Positions 54,811-64,000 of a stretch of DNA of 64,000 nt are shown piece after piece; position 1 is the first letter of the stretch, and every line of letters begins with the position of its first letter. Source of the stretch: Alphaproteobacteria bacterium. Lineage in GTDB: Bacteria; Pseudomonadota; Alphaproteobacteria; UBA828. Made by a program: the position numbers and the translations under genes. The notes beneath the pieces were generated by a model, which was not told where the DNA came from, searched no databases, and worked only from the letters and a program-made list of their open reading frames with translations. The DNA is taken from contig JBFXKW010000001.1 in assembly GCA_050173345.1 (NCBI GenBank), positions 303,911-367,910 of the forward strand. Direction: 5' to 3'.

Positions 54811-56329
54811 GTCGCCGCCTGCCGTGGGTGTGGCAGCGGTTCCTTTGGACGATGCGCCCCGTCTCCTTGAATTGGTTGCCGCCGCGCATCCTGAAGCGCG
54901 GGAGGAAGGTATCAAGCTGCATCTGCGGGGACACGAGAACGAGCCCGCGCGGGTAACTTGGGAGGAGGACGAGCCACACGAGGCGGGTCAGCCGCATGGG
55001 CACGTCCATTGGTGGGCGACGCTCAAGCCTGACGGCACGCTATTGGCGGAGCAGGAGGAGCCGTCCGAACTGGCGGAGTTCATCAATGAAATCCACATGC
55101 GCGTCGGGATTCCAAGACCGTGGGGATCGTATTTCATGGGGGTGGTCTCGCTGCTCTACGGTGTGGCGCTGATCGCCGGCGTGATCGTACTGCTGCCGTC
55201 GCTCGTAAAGGACTTCCTTGCGCTGCGTCTCGGCACGAACCTCAAACGCATGTGGCTGGACGCCCACAATGTCGTCGGAATTACAGCACTCCCTTTTCAC
55301 ATTGCGATGGCGATAACCGCGACCGCATTGAGCCTCAGCGGCGAACTCTGGTCCATGCAGGAAAGTGTTATTTTTGGCGGCAAGCAAGAAATCCTGAACG
55401 AACTCGATAACGAGCCGTTTAGAGCGCCAAAGCCGACCGGCGAGGCGGGTGCAATGATGGCTCCCTCACAGTTGCTTCAAAAACTCAAAGTGCAGGTGCC
55501 CGATTTCGAGCCCCGCTTCATGATCTTCAAGAATATCGGAGACAAAGCTGCTTCGGTGAGAGTCGCCGGAGCCGAACGTGGCTATGTCGGAGATTACCAT
55601 CTTGGGGGCGTCATGCTCAGCGCCGTGACCGGCGAATTGCTCAAAGACCGCACACGTCCATCGCGTCAGGATCCGGATCGTCGAGCGTCAGAGACGTTCT
55701 ACGGCCTGCACGCCGGGCAGTATGAAGGGGCGACGATTACGTGGGCATACTTCTTCCTGGGTTTCTCCGGTGCGTGGCTGTTCTATTCGGGCAACCTCCT
55801 TTGGATCGAGACGCGCCGCAAGAAGGCGCGCAAGGGCGGTGAGGTCAAGCAGTCCCGTTCCACACGCCTCCTGGGCAGCGCGACCGTCGGCGTGTGCCTC
55901 GGCTGTGTGGCGGGCATCTCGCTCACTATCGCCACGACCAAATGGCTGCATGGCCACGTCGCCGACCTCAATCACTGGCACGAGTATGTCTATTATGCGG
56001 TGTTTCTTAGCTCAGTCGCATGGGCATTCGCATGGGGTGCGGCGCGTTCGGCGGTGCATCTGCTGTGGCTGTGCGCCGCCGCGACGATGGCGATCCCGCT
56101 GACGACTTTGCTGGCGCTGTTGTTCCCCGCGCTTGGGATGTGGGCGCATGGCAGCACAGCAACCATCGGCGTCGATGTCGTCGCCTTCATCGGCGCGCTC
56201 TGCTTCGCCTGGATGGCCATCGCTACCACGCGCCGGATCAGGAACGGCCCCACCGATAGCATCTGGTCCATCCGCAAGGCCGACAAGGAATCGTCCTCCC
56301 CATTGCCATCGGCCGTCCCGGCGGAATGA
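54811..56329 (+). pseudogene. 3' remainder of PepSY-associated TM helix protein gene (FoxB-like); could only be expressed as an N-terminally truncated product from GTG 54824
   Basis: Continues PAVGVAAVPLDDAPRLLELVAAAH... with PepSY domains and further TM helices. The frame is contiguous with the 5' fragment once the IS and one TSD copy are removed. Confidence 0.75.
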
Positions 56330-56462
56330 TGATGCACGGTTTGAGGCGCGGTGCTCACGCCGACTCATAGCGGGTAACGTATTCATAGTGCTCATCTTCA
56401 TCTCGGCGGCCCGCCACAAATGGAAGATGATTATTTTGTAGAAGCCTATCCGGGGTGGCCGG

Positions 56463-57089
56463 TCACTCCGCCGCCTGCCTCGCCTTCGCGGCGGCGGCCG
56501 GATCGCCCCAGCCGGCGAACGCCTTGCACCCCTCGCCCACCGGCAGGATCGACGCCAGCACCGCTTCCGACACCTCCGGCCCCGCGAGGGTCTCCATCAT
56601 CCACTGGCAAAGCAGTTGCGCCGCCAGGCAGCCGCCCGCGGTCGCGACATTGCCGTGGCGCACGAACGGCTCGTCCACCGGGCGCACGCCTGGATACTGC
56701 GCCAGCCGCTCCATATAGGTCGGGTAGGTCGTCGCGGTGCGGCCGGCGAGCAGGCCCTTGTGCGCGAGGATGACCGCGCCGGCGCACATCGAGCCGATCA
56801 GCTGGCGCCCTTCGTCCAGCACCAAGGCATCGAGGAACTCCTCGTCCTTGAGGCAATCCTCGATGCCGACGCCGCTCGCGACGATCACCGCATCGCTCCT
56901 CGCGGTCTCGTCGAGCCGCCCGTGCGTCGGGATTCTGAGCCCGGCGACCGAGGTGACGTGATCCGTCTTGCCGAGGATGCGCACCTGCCAATCGCGCGCG
57001 CCCGCCGTCCGGGCACGGTTCAGCAGGTCCCAAGGCATGAACACGTCGATGTCGGTGAAGCGATCGAAGCCGATGATGGAGATCTGCAT
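56463..57089 (-). CDS. DJ-1/PfpI family protein
   Basis: 208 aa with the nucleophile elbow (IGSMCAGAVILA). Confidence 0.8.
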   Translation of the reverse strand: MQISIIGFDRFTDIDVFMPWDLLNRARTAGARDWQVRILGKTDHVTSVAGLRIPTHGRLDETARSDAVIVASGVGIEDCLKDEEFLDALVLDEGRQLIGSMCAGAVILAHKGLLAGRTATTYPTYMERLAQYPGVRPVDEPFVRHGNVATAGGCLAAQLLCQWMMETLAGPEVSEAVLASILPVGEGCKAFAGWGDPAAAAKARQAAE

Positions 57090-57277
57090 GGCGCGTGGCC
57101 CCCCGCTCTAGGCGGCGTCCCCATCGGATCGTTGCAAGAAAGCCGACGCCGCGGCATGGCGGAGCGTAGCAGCGCCGCGCCTGTTTCGAAAGGAAAGCCG
57201 CTACCAGAGCACCGGAAATTCGGGGCGGGGGTCGGCGAGACTGCATTGGCTGGAAAGCCGGACGGCCGTTGCGGCGG

Positions 57278-58102
57278 TCAGGCCTTCGTCGCGCCGGTGA
57301 AGAAGCCCTCCAGCTCCGCGAAGCCGATGGCCTTTTCCGAAAACCGGAAGGTGCCTTGGGAGCGCATCTCCCGGGCCGCGTCCACGAACGCACCGAAAGC
57401 CAGGCGCGCCAAGGCCGAGCCGACGCTGACGCGCTTGACGCCGGCATCCGCGAGCTCGGCCAGGCTGAAGGTTGTTCCCGGCATTCCCATGATGACGTTG
57501 ACCGGCTTGGTCACCGCCTCGCATACGCGCCGGATCACGTCGAGGTCTCTAAGTCCCGGCGCGTAGAGCACGTCGGTCCCGGCCTTCTCGAAGGCTTGGA
57601 GCCGCCTGATCGTGTCGTCGAGATCCTTGCGTCCCCACAGGAAATTCTCGCAGCGCGCCGTCAATACGAAATCGTGGCGAAGCGACCGGCGCGCCTGCGC
57701 GGCCGCCTCGACGCGCTCCACCGCAAGGCTGAAATCGTAGATCGGCCGGCTCCGGTCGCCGGTGTGATCTTCGATGGAGCACCCGGCGAGACCGATGCCG
57801 GCAGCGGCGATGACCGTCTCCGCCGCACTCTCCGGGCTGTCGCCGAAGCCCTTTTCGAGATCGGCCGAGACCGGGAGCGGCGTCGCCTCAACGATCGCCC
57901 GGCAATGGCCGAGCGTCTGTTCGCGCGAGGCAAAGCCCTCCGCCATCCCGAGCGAGAACGCCATGCCGGCGCTGGTCGTCGCGAGCGCCGGGAAACCCAG
58001 GACCGCGAGAATGCGCGCCGTGCCGACATCCCAGGGATTGGGAATGATGAAGGTCCCTGGCTTGTCGTGCAACTCCCGGAACAGCGTGCGCTTGTCCGCC
58101 AT
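57278..58102 (-). CDS. isocitrate lyase/PEP mutase family protein (methylisocitrate lyase / carboxyvinyl-carboxyphosphonate phosphorylmutase-like)
   Basis: 274 aa from an internal ATG (MADKRTLFRELHDKPGTFIIPNPWDVGTARI), plus KGFGDS, IEDHTG and the ICL/PEPM TIM-barrel motifs. Confidence 0.8.
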   Translation of the reverse strand: MADKRTLFRELHDKPGTFIIPNPWDVGTARILAVLGFPALATTSAGMAFSLGMAEGFASREQTLGHCRAIVEATPLPVSADLEKGFGDSPESAAETVIAAAGIGLAGCSIEDHTGDRSRPIYDFSLAVERVEAAAQARRSLRHDFVLTARCENFLWGRKDLDDTIRRLQAFEKAGTDVLYAPGLRDLDVIRRVCEAVTKPVNVIMGMPGTTFSLAELADAGVKRVSVGSALARLAFGAFVDAAREMRSQGTFRFSEKAIGFAELEGFFTGATKA

Positions 58103-58336
58103 CGCTTCCCACCTCTGCGTTGATTCGCCAGTGGGAAGCATTGCACAGCAGAAAGAACGAATAAAGAACGAATCTCGTGCGAGCAAATACGGCACTTCCG
58201 CCTTCTCGTCGCGGCCCAAGCGAGTCCGCGTTTCGTCATCGTCCTGACGCCGTTCCGACGTGGTGCGGCGACACCTTTTGGCTGCGCGGGGCGGCGGCGC
58301 CCCGCATCACATTGTGCGGACCAGGGGGATGTCGTC

Positions 58337-59422
58337 ATGCGGATGCTCCGGCATGGTGTTGCGGCTATCATGCTTCTTTCCATCCCGGTCGTGCCGGCGC
58401 TCGGCGCGGCGGAAACCGGAGCCGGCGCGGTGGCCTGGGAAAAGCAGCTCGCCCACGAGGCGCCGCTCGTCATCGGCCATCGCGGCGCCAGCGGCTACCG
58501 GCCGGAGCACACGCTGGCGTCCTACGAGCTCGCCATCGAGATGGGCGCGGACTTCATTGAGCCCGACCTGGTCTCGACCAAGGACGGCGTGCTGGTCGCG
58601 CGCCACGAGAACGAGCTCGGCATGACGACCGACGTGGCCGAGAAGTTCCCCGACCGCAAGACCAAGAAGACGATCGACGGCGCGGAGATCGAAGGCTGGT
58701 TCAGCGAGGACTTCACGTTGGCCGAGATCAAGACCCTGCGCGCCAAGCAGAGCCGCGCCGGCCGCACCACCGGCTGGGACGGCCTTTACGAAATCCCGAC
58801 CTTCGTCGAGGTCATCCAGCTCGCCCAGCGCAAGAGCGCCGAGAAGGGCCGCGTCATCGGCATCTATCCCGAGACCAAGCACCCCAGCTACTTCGATTCG
58901 ATCGGCCTGTCGCTCGAGGAGCCGCTGGTCGCGACGCTCACCCAGTTCGGCTACACGACCAAGCAGAGCCCGGTCTTCCTACAGTCGTTCGAGACCCAGA
59001 ACCTGAAGGACCTTCGAGGGATGACCGGGGTGCGGCTGGTCCAGCTCTTCGACGAGTTCCACGTGCGGCCCTACGACTTCGTCGCGAAGAACGACCCGCG
59101 CACCTATCGGGATCTGATGACGCCGGCGGAGCTCGCGAACATCGCGCGCTATGCCGACGGCATCGGGCCATGGAAGCGCACCATCGTGCTCGAGAAGGAC
59201 GACGGCACGCTGCAGTCCGCGAACTCGCTGATCGACGACGCGCACAAGGCGGGCCTCTTCGTGCACGCCTACACCTTCCGCGACGAGCCGGAGACGCTTG
59301 CCGTCGATTACGGCAATGACGCGAGCCGCGAGTACGAGCACTTCTTCGCGCTCGGGCTCGACGGCGTGTTCACCGATTTCCCGGACACCGCGGTGCGCGC
59401 GCGGGACCGCGTGATGCGTTGA
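58337..59422 (+). CDS. periplasmic glycerophosphodiester phosphodiesterase (GlpQ-like)
   Basis: Signal peptide, HRGASGYRPEHT and EPDLVSTKDGVLV. Confidence 0.85.
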   Translation: MRMLRHGVAAIMLLSIPVVPALGAAETGAGAVAWEKQLAHEAPLVIGHRGASGYRPEHTLASYELAIEMGADFIEPDLVSTKDGVLVARHENELGMTTDVAEKFPDRKTKKTIDGAEIEGWFSEDFTLAEIKTLRAKQSRAGRTTGWDGLYEIPTFVEVIQLAQRKSAEKGRVIGIYPETKHPSYFDSIGLSLEEPLVATLTQFGYTTKQSPVFLQSFETQNLKDLRGMTGVRLVQLFDEFHVRPYDFVAKNDPRTYRDLMTPAELANIARYADGIGPWKRTIVLEKDDGTLQSANSLIDDAHKAGLFVHAYTFRDEPETLAVDYGNDASREYEHFFALGLDGVFTDFPDTAVRARDRVMR

Positions 59423-59477
59423 TCGAAGGGAAAGCGAGGCCCGGCCGGGATCGCCGATCGTTGCGGCGGGATCTTTT

Positions 59478-59912
59478 CTAGGCCGCCGCTTCTGGAACGC
59501 CGTGCGATTTGGTGCGGTGAGCCTTGCGCCGCGCGATGCCGGCCAGCACGTTCCTGACCTGATCGATCGACGCCGGCAGCGTGAGGCAATCGGAGAAGCC
59601 GGCCTCGACGGCCTGGGGCCGCTGCATCTCGTGCGTGGTGAGCGCGAGGAACGCAGTGCCGTGATCGCGCACCCGCGGGTGATTGATCAGATCATTGACC
59701 TGGTTCGAGGCCCTGACCCGCGGATCGTCGGTGCAGACGATGACGAGGTCCGGCGGATTATCGGCGGCCTGACCGAGGCTGTAGAGGCCCTCCGTCTCCC
59801 TCACCCCGTAGCCTTCCCGCTCCAGGATGGTGCGGTAGAACTCGCGGAGCGGCCAATGGGGGATGGCGAGCAGGGCGCGGGGCATCTTGGAACGCGTGGC
59901 GAGCCTTGGCAT
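59478..59912 (-). CDS. hypothetical receiver-like (CheY-fold-like) small protein, 144 aa
   Basis: ATG with a GAGGA RBS. Weak receiver-like pattern (LLAIPHW...DLVIVCTDDP...). Uncertain. Confidence 0.4.
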   Translation of the reverse strand: MPRLATRSKMPRALLAIPHWPLREFYRTILEREGYGVRETEGLYSLGQAADNPPDLVIVCTDDPRVRASNQVNDLINHPRVRDHGTAFLALTTHEMQRPQAVEAGFSDCLTLPASIDQVRNVLAGIARRKAHRTKSHGVPEAAA

Positions 59913-59926
59913 GAACGCTCTGATCC

Positions 59927-60211
59927 TCACGCCTTGAGCCGATCGACCAAGCCGTGGGAGAGCGTTGCCGCCTCGGTGCAGGTGTCGGCCACCGCGCGGA
60001 GCTGACGGCCGAGCGCAAGCGCGTCGTGGCCGCTCGTTGTGCCGCCGTGCTCGACCGCGAACGCCGCGAGCTCGAGCGCGAGCCGCGCGCGGCGATCCAC
60101 CGCCAGGCCGGAGACCGCGCGGGCCTCCGCCGCGATGATCGTGGCCGTGGTCTCCAAGCCGGCTTCTTCGGCCAGGTCGCTGTCGATTTGGGTCAAGGGT
60201 TTCTCGGTCAT
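59927..60211 (-). CDS. hypothetical small helical protein (94 aa)
   Basis: Internal ATG (MTEKPLTQIDSDLAEEAGLETTATIIAAEARAVSG...), Ala-rich helical composition. No recognised domain. Confidence 0.35.
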   Translation of the reverse strand: MTEKPLTQIDSDLAEEAGLETTATIIAAEARAVSGLAVDRRARLALELAAFAVEHGGTTSGHDALALGRQLRAVADTCTEAATLSHGLVDRLKA

Positions 60212-60341
60212 GATTGAATGCGCGTGGCGGCGCGACGCAGGGCGTCGACCGGTGCGCATTCTGCATTTCAATCCTTAGCGGAAGGTTACGTTAAGACACG
60301 GAGTCGGTTAATTTTTTGGGTCAATGACACAAATGTTTCCA

Positions 60342-61544
60342 TTACCCCCAGGACCAGAACTCCCCGGCCTCCTTCATGTAGAAGCGCGCCAACACCATCT
60401 TGTGGATTTCAGAGGCGCCGTCCACAAGCCGTGCCTGGGGCGCGTAGCGATACATCCACTCGAGCAGCGTGTCCTTGGAATAGCCGCGCGCGCCGCAGAG
60501 CTGGAGCGAGGTGGCGACCACCTTGTTCAGGGTCTCCGCCGCATGGTTCTTGGCAATCGAGATTTCCTTGCGCGCCTTGTCGCCCTGGTCGAGCTTCCAG
60601 GCGGCGTGCATGACGAGGAGCCGCCCGATCTGGACGTCGGCCGCGGCCTGCCCGAGCATCCACTGCACGCCCTCATGCTCCGCGAGCAGCGTACCGAAAG
60701 AGCGCCGCTCGCCGACATAGGCGCGGGCGATCGACATGGCGCGCTGCGTCAGGCCGAGCCAGCGCATGCAATGGGTCAGCCGCGCCGGCCCGAGCCGGAT
60801 CTGGGTCGCCCGCAAGCCATCGCCGATCTCCATGAGGACGTTCTCGTCGGCGATTTCGAGACCGTCGAAGCGCAGCTCGCAATGGCCGCCATGCTCCTCC
60901 GGTCCCATGATCGGCACCTTGCGGACGATCTCCCAGCCGGGCTGGTCCTTGTGGAAGAGGAACGCGCTGAGGCCGCGCCTCGGATCGTCCGAGGTGCGCG
61001 CAATCAGGATGAAGTGGCTCGCCGCGCCGGCCCCGGTGATGAACCATTTGTGCCCTTTGATCACCCACTTGGTACCCTTCTTTTCGGCGCGGGTGAGCAT
61101 CATGCCGGCGGGGTCCGAGCCTGAGCCCGGGTGTGGCTCGGTCATCACGAAGGCCGAGCGCACCGTGCCGTCGACGACCGGCTGCAGCCAGCGCTCCTTC
61201 TGCGCCTCGGTCGCGACCTGTTCGAGCAGGCGCATATTGCCGTCGTCGGGCGCCGCGCAATTGAAGGTGGCGGGGCCGAAAATGCCGAAGTTGGCGGCCT
61301 CGTAGAACGCCGCCTGCCCCACCATGCTGAGCCCCTGCCCGCCGCGCGCCTTCGGCATCTGCGGCGCCCAGAGGCCGGCCGCCTTGGCCTTGGCGCGCAT
61401 CTCCGCGAGCAGCGGGAAGCTGATGTTCTCGTGCTCGGGATCGAAACTGTCCGGCGAGGCTTCGAGCGGGATCAGATGCTCGGCCACGAACGCCTGGACG
61501 CGCCGGCGGTAGTCGTCGATTTCGGGCGACAGCGTGAAATCCAT
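60342..61544 (-). CDS. acyl-CoA dehydrogenase family protein
   Basis: 400 aa with ACAD N-terminal, middle and C-terminal domains (AFVMTEPHPGSGSD and the catalytic region). Confidence 0.88.
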   Translation of the reverse strand: MDFTLSPEIDDYRRRVQAFVAEHLIPLEASPDSFDPEHENISFPLLAEMRAKAKAAGLWAPQMPKARGGQGLSMVGQAAFYEAANFGIFGPATFNCAAPDDGNMRLLEQVATEAQKERWLQPVVDGTVRSAFVMTEPHPGSGSDPAGMMLTRAEKKGTKWVIKGHKWFITGAGAASHFILIARTSDDPRRGLSAFLFHKDQPGWEIVRKVPIMGPEEHGGHCELRFDGLEIADENVLMEIGDGLRATQIRLGPARLTHCMRWLGLTQRAMSIARAYVGERRSFGTLLAEHEGVQWMLGQAAADVQIGRLLVMHAAWKLDQGDKARKEISIAKNHAAETLNKVVATSLQLCGARGYSKDTLLEWMYRYAPQARLVDGASEIHKMVLARFYMKEAGEFWSWG

Positions 61545-61734
61545 CGTGCCTGGGTTCCCCTTGGTGAGATTGCGCCGTCTGGGCTTGCGGCGGTTGATAA
61601 GGGCGGCGGGCGCGTGCCGGGATCAAGCCGGACGCGGGACCGAAGGTATGCCGGGCGGCATCCGTTAACGCAACCTTAGCCGACTCGGAACCATGCTGCG
61701 AGCCGATCGGCCGACTATCAACGGAGCGTGCGCG

Positions 61735-63084
61735 ATGGCCCGAACCACCCGCGTTCTGATCGCGGACAACAGCCTGGCGGCCCTGAACGAGATGGCCCCG
61801 CAGCTCCGCGCCGGCGGCTGCCTTGCGCTGATCGAAATGTCCGCGGCGCGCATCAGGGAGCGCGCCAGGGTCGATCGCCCCGACGTCGCGATCCTGGGGC
61901 CCGGCTTCCCGCCCGACGAGCTGGCTGCCGCCGCGGAGGAGTTGCGGCTCGATCCCGTGACCCATCGCATCCCGTTGCTTCTTGCCGGCCGAAACATCCA
62001 CGCCGCCGATATCGGCGAAGCGCTGCAAGGCAGGATCGACGGCCTGCTAGAGCTGCCGATCCTGCTGGATGAGCTGCACGCCAAGCTGGCGGCGGCGGCT
62101 CGCCTCAAGGTCATGCGCGCCGAGCTGCTGCGCCGCAAGGTGACCTATGGCCGCTACGGCATCGACGGCTTCGCCGCGCTCGCCCTGCCGAAGAAGCAGC
62201 GCGGCCTGCGCGTGTTGCTGGTCCGTCCCGACGATCTCGACGGCGCGGAGGCGGCGACACCGAAGAACCTTTCGGCGGCGCTCGACAAGGCCGAGACCAT
62301 CGAAGTGTCTCACGCGATCGGCGCGCTGCTCGAAGGCCATCACGACGCGGTGGTGATCGTCGGCACCGCGGCCGGGGACGCCACGCTCGAGCTGTGCGCC
62401 GATATTCGCCGGCATTCCTCCCTGTTCGACCTGCCGATCGTCTATCTGGAACCGGACGCAGGCGACGGCTCGCGCGCCCGCGCCTTCATTCATGGGGCGA
62501 GCGACGTCATCGTCGCCCCGTTCGAGCCGGCCTCGATCCGGCGCTCGCTCGATCTCTCGATGCGCCAGGCCATGATGCGCGAGGGCCTGCGTGCGGCCTA
62601 TCAGGGCGATGCGCATCCTGAGACCAACGACCCGAACACCGGCCTGTTCAGCCTCGAATTCCTGCACAAGCATCTCGATCTCCTCATCGAAGACGCGTCG
62701 CGCTGGACTCTGAGCCTTTCCGTGATCACCTGCATCGTGCCCGGGCTCGTGGCCGTAAGGCACGATATGGGGCGGCGCGCCGGTGCCGCGCTGCAGCGCA
62801 CGCTGGCCGACCTGATCTCGCGCCTGATCCGCGGCGAGGATTTGTGCGCCTGCCTCGGCGATCATTCGTTCTGCATCGTTACGCCCGAGAACCCGCTCCA
62901 GGCGACCGCCTCGATCATGGACCGTCTGCGCGGGGTGATCGGCCACACCGAGTTCAGCGTGCTGGAGGTGGCCTGTCCCATCAAGCTGCACGCCGAGCTG
63001 GGCTGCGCGGAGTTCAGGCCCGGCGACACGGTGGAATCGCTGCTGGCCCGGGCGCAGGACATGGCACTGCGCGTCGCCGCATAG
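61735..63084 (+). CDS. PleD-like REC-REC-GGDEF protein with degenerate receiver and GGDEF motifs (probably non-catalytic)
   Basis: Two receiver-fold domains in which the phospho-acceptor position is Gly (DVAILGPG and AVVIVGTA). The C-terminal GGDEF fold has LGDHSF where GG(D/E)EF is expected. Confidence 0.65.
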   Translation: MARTTRVLIADNSLAALNEMAPQLRAGGCLALIEMSAARIRERARVDRPDVAILGPGFPPDELAAAAEELRLDPVTHRIPLLLAGRNIHAADIGEALQGRIDGLLELPILLDELHAKLAAAARLKVMRAELLRRKVTYGRYGIDGFAALALPKKQRGLRVLLVRPDDLDGAEAATPKNLSAALDKAETIEVSHAIGALLEGHHDAVVIVGTAAGDATLELCADIRRHSSLFDLPIVYLEPDAGDGSRARAFIHGASDVIVAPFEPASIRRSLDLSMRQAMMREGLRAAYQGDAHPETNDPNTGLFSLEFLHKHLDLLIEDASRWTLSLSVITCIVPGLVAVRHDMGRRAGAALQRTLADLISRLIRGEDLCACLGDHSFCIVTPENPLQATASIMDRLRGVIGHTEFSVLEVACPIKLHAELGCAEFRPGDTVESLLARAQDMALRVAA

Positions 63085-63140
63085 CACCGCGCGGTAGCTG
63101 CGAGGCCCGATCTCTCTTTCTTGTAGTGCGTCGTTTTGCT

Positions 63141-63210
63141 CTCATGCTTCGACAGGCTCAGCATGAGGGCTTTAATCTTCGACCTCATCCTGAGCTTGTC
63201 GAAGGATGAG
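63141..63210. repeat. cluster of short palindromic units (ctcatgct...agcatgag; cttcgac/ctcatcc ... gtcgaag/gatgag) in the intergenic region, REP-like
   Basis: Direct read. Repeated CTTCGAC motif and two interleaved inverted repeats. Confidence 0.4.
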
Positions 63211-63283
63211 ACCGCCGCACTGATCCATTACCCTTGTTCCAGAGGTGTCGCCAACGCGTCCCGGAGGTGCTAACCTTCCGGTC

Positions 63284-63931
63284 ATGCGCGTCGACATCAT
63301 CTCCGACACGATCTGCCCGTGGTGCTACATCGGCAAGCGGCGCTTCGAGCGCGCGCTCAAGTCGTTCGGCGACGAAGAGCCGGTTGAGATCGTGTGGTGG
63401 CCGTTCCAGCTCAACCCCACCATGCCGGCTGAGGGCATGGAGCGCCGCGCCTATATGACCGAGAAGTTCGGCTCGCCCGAGCGGGCGGCCGAGATCTACC
63501 GCCAGGTCGAGGCCGCCGGCCGCGGTGAGGACATCCCCTTCGCCTTCGATCGGATCGCGGTCACGCCGAACACGCTGAACTCGCACCGGCTGATCGCGTT
63601 CGCCGGCGAGCACGGCAAGCAGGATGCCGTGGTCGAGGTGCTGTTCCGCCGCTATTTCGAGGAAGGCGGCAATATCGGCGATACCGAGGTGCTGGTCGAG
63701 GCCGCTTCCGCAGCCGGCCTGCCGGTACAGGAAGTCCGTGCCCTGCTCGAGGGCGATGCGGGCCGCGACGAAGTGGCCAGGAGCGATGTCGCGGCGCGCC
63801 AGCTCGGCATCAACGGCGTGCCGTGTTTCATCGTGAACGGGCGCTACGCGGTTTCCGGCGCGCAGGACCCCGAGGTGTTCCTGCGCGTCTTTGGTCTTGC
63901 CGGCAGCCAGACCGAAAGCGCGGCGGACTAG
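63284..63931 (+). CDS. DsbA-family thiol:disulfide oxidoreductase (FrnE / 2-hydroxychromene-2-carboxylate isomerase-like)
   Basis: 215 aa from an internal ATG with a CxxC active site (SDTICPWCYIGK). Confidence 0.8.
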   Translation: MRVDIISDTICPWCYIGKRRFERALKSFGDEEPVEIVWWPFQLNPTMPAEGMERRAYMTEKFGSPERAAEIYRQVEAAGRGEDIPFAFDRIAVTPNTLNSHRLIAFAGEHGKQDAVVEVLFRRYFEEGGNIGDTEVLVEAASAAGLPVQEVRALLEGDAGRDEVARSDVAARQLGINGVPCFIVNGRYAVSGAQDPEVFLRVFGLAGSQTESAAD

Positions 63932-64000
63932 CGGTCGGTTTCCTGGGGCGGCCCGCCGCCGCCATTACCCTCTTCCGCGCCGCCCTCGCCGCCCCCTGAA

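Overview
The window is a high-GC (about 67-68%) alphaproteobacterial chromosome segment, and the gene order suggests Rhizobiales/Hyphomicrobiales. Most of it is conserved housekeeping core. In order: tpiA-secG-pyrG-kdsA-eno, an FtsB-like septum protein, the pyruvate dehydrogenase cluster pdhA-pdhB-pdhC-lpdA-lipA, pgpA/ispDF, the nitrogen two-component cascade ntrB-ntrC-ntrY-ntrX, then trkA, dat, a HAD hydrolase, hfq-hflX and groES-groEL. groES-groEL is preceded by a sigma-70-like promoter plus a CIRCE operator. A long co-directional minus-strand array follows: mazG, an MBL hydrolase, tatD, metG, holB, tmk, dacC, rlpA and a lytic transglycosylase. Attached to it is a less conserved block encoding a 2-hydroxyacid dehydrogenase, an unusual single-chain triple-RidA protein, an SDR and an FkbM methyltransferase.

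From about 44 kb onward the window looks accessory. It holds an orphan family-5 solute-binding protein, a tRNA-Ser and a FoxI/FoxR/FoxA/FoxB-like iron-siderophore cell-surface-signalling locus: ECF sigma, FecR, STN-domain TonB-dependent receptor, DUF3325, a small membrane protein and a PepSY-TM protein. An iron-box-like palindrome sits upstream of this locus.

The most notable feature is that the PepSY/FoxB-like gene is split by a 2.39-kb IS1595-family element at 52420..54810. The element has 26-bp imperfect terminal inverted repeats and an 8-bp target duplication GTCGCCGC, and removing it restores the reading frame. Besides its transposase it carries lower-GC cargo: a 260-aa protein of unknown function, a small basic ORF, an iteron-like triple repeat inside a palindrome, and a non-canonical tRNA-like structure. 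That structure has a Pro anticodon, a class-II variable arm and C33, and is flanked by a terminator-like hairpin.

Other oddities include an NTF2-like protein with a histone-H1-like lysine/alanine tail, a degenerate REC-REC-GGDEF protein, and a convergent overlapping pair of unknown genes downstream of lipA. Many long spurious antisense ORFs (GC-driven) were rejected. Terminal positions of short motifs may be off by +/-1 to 2 bp.
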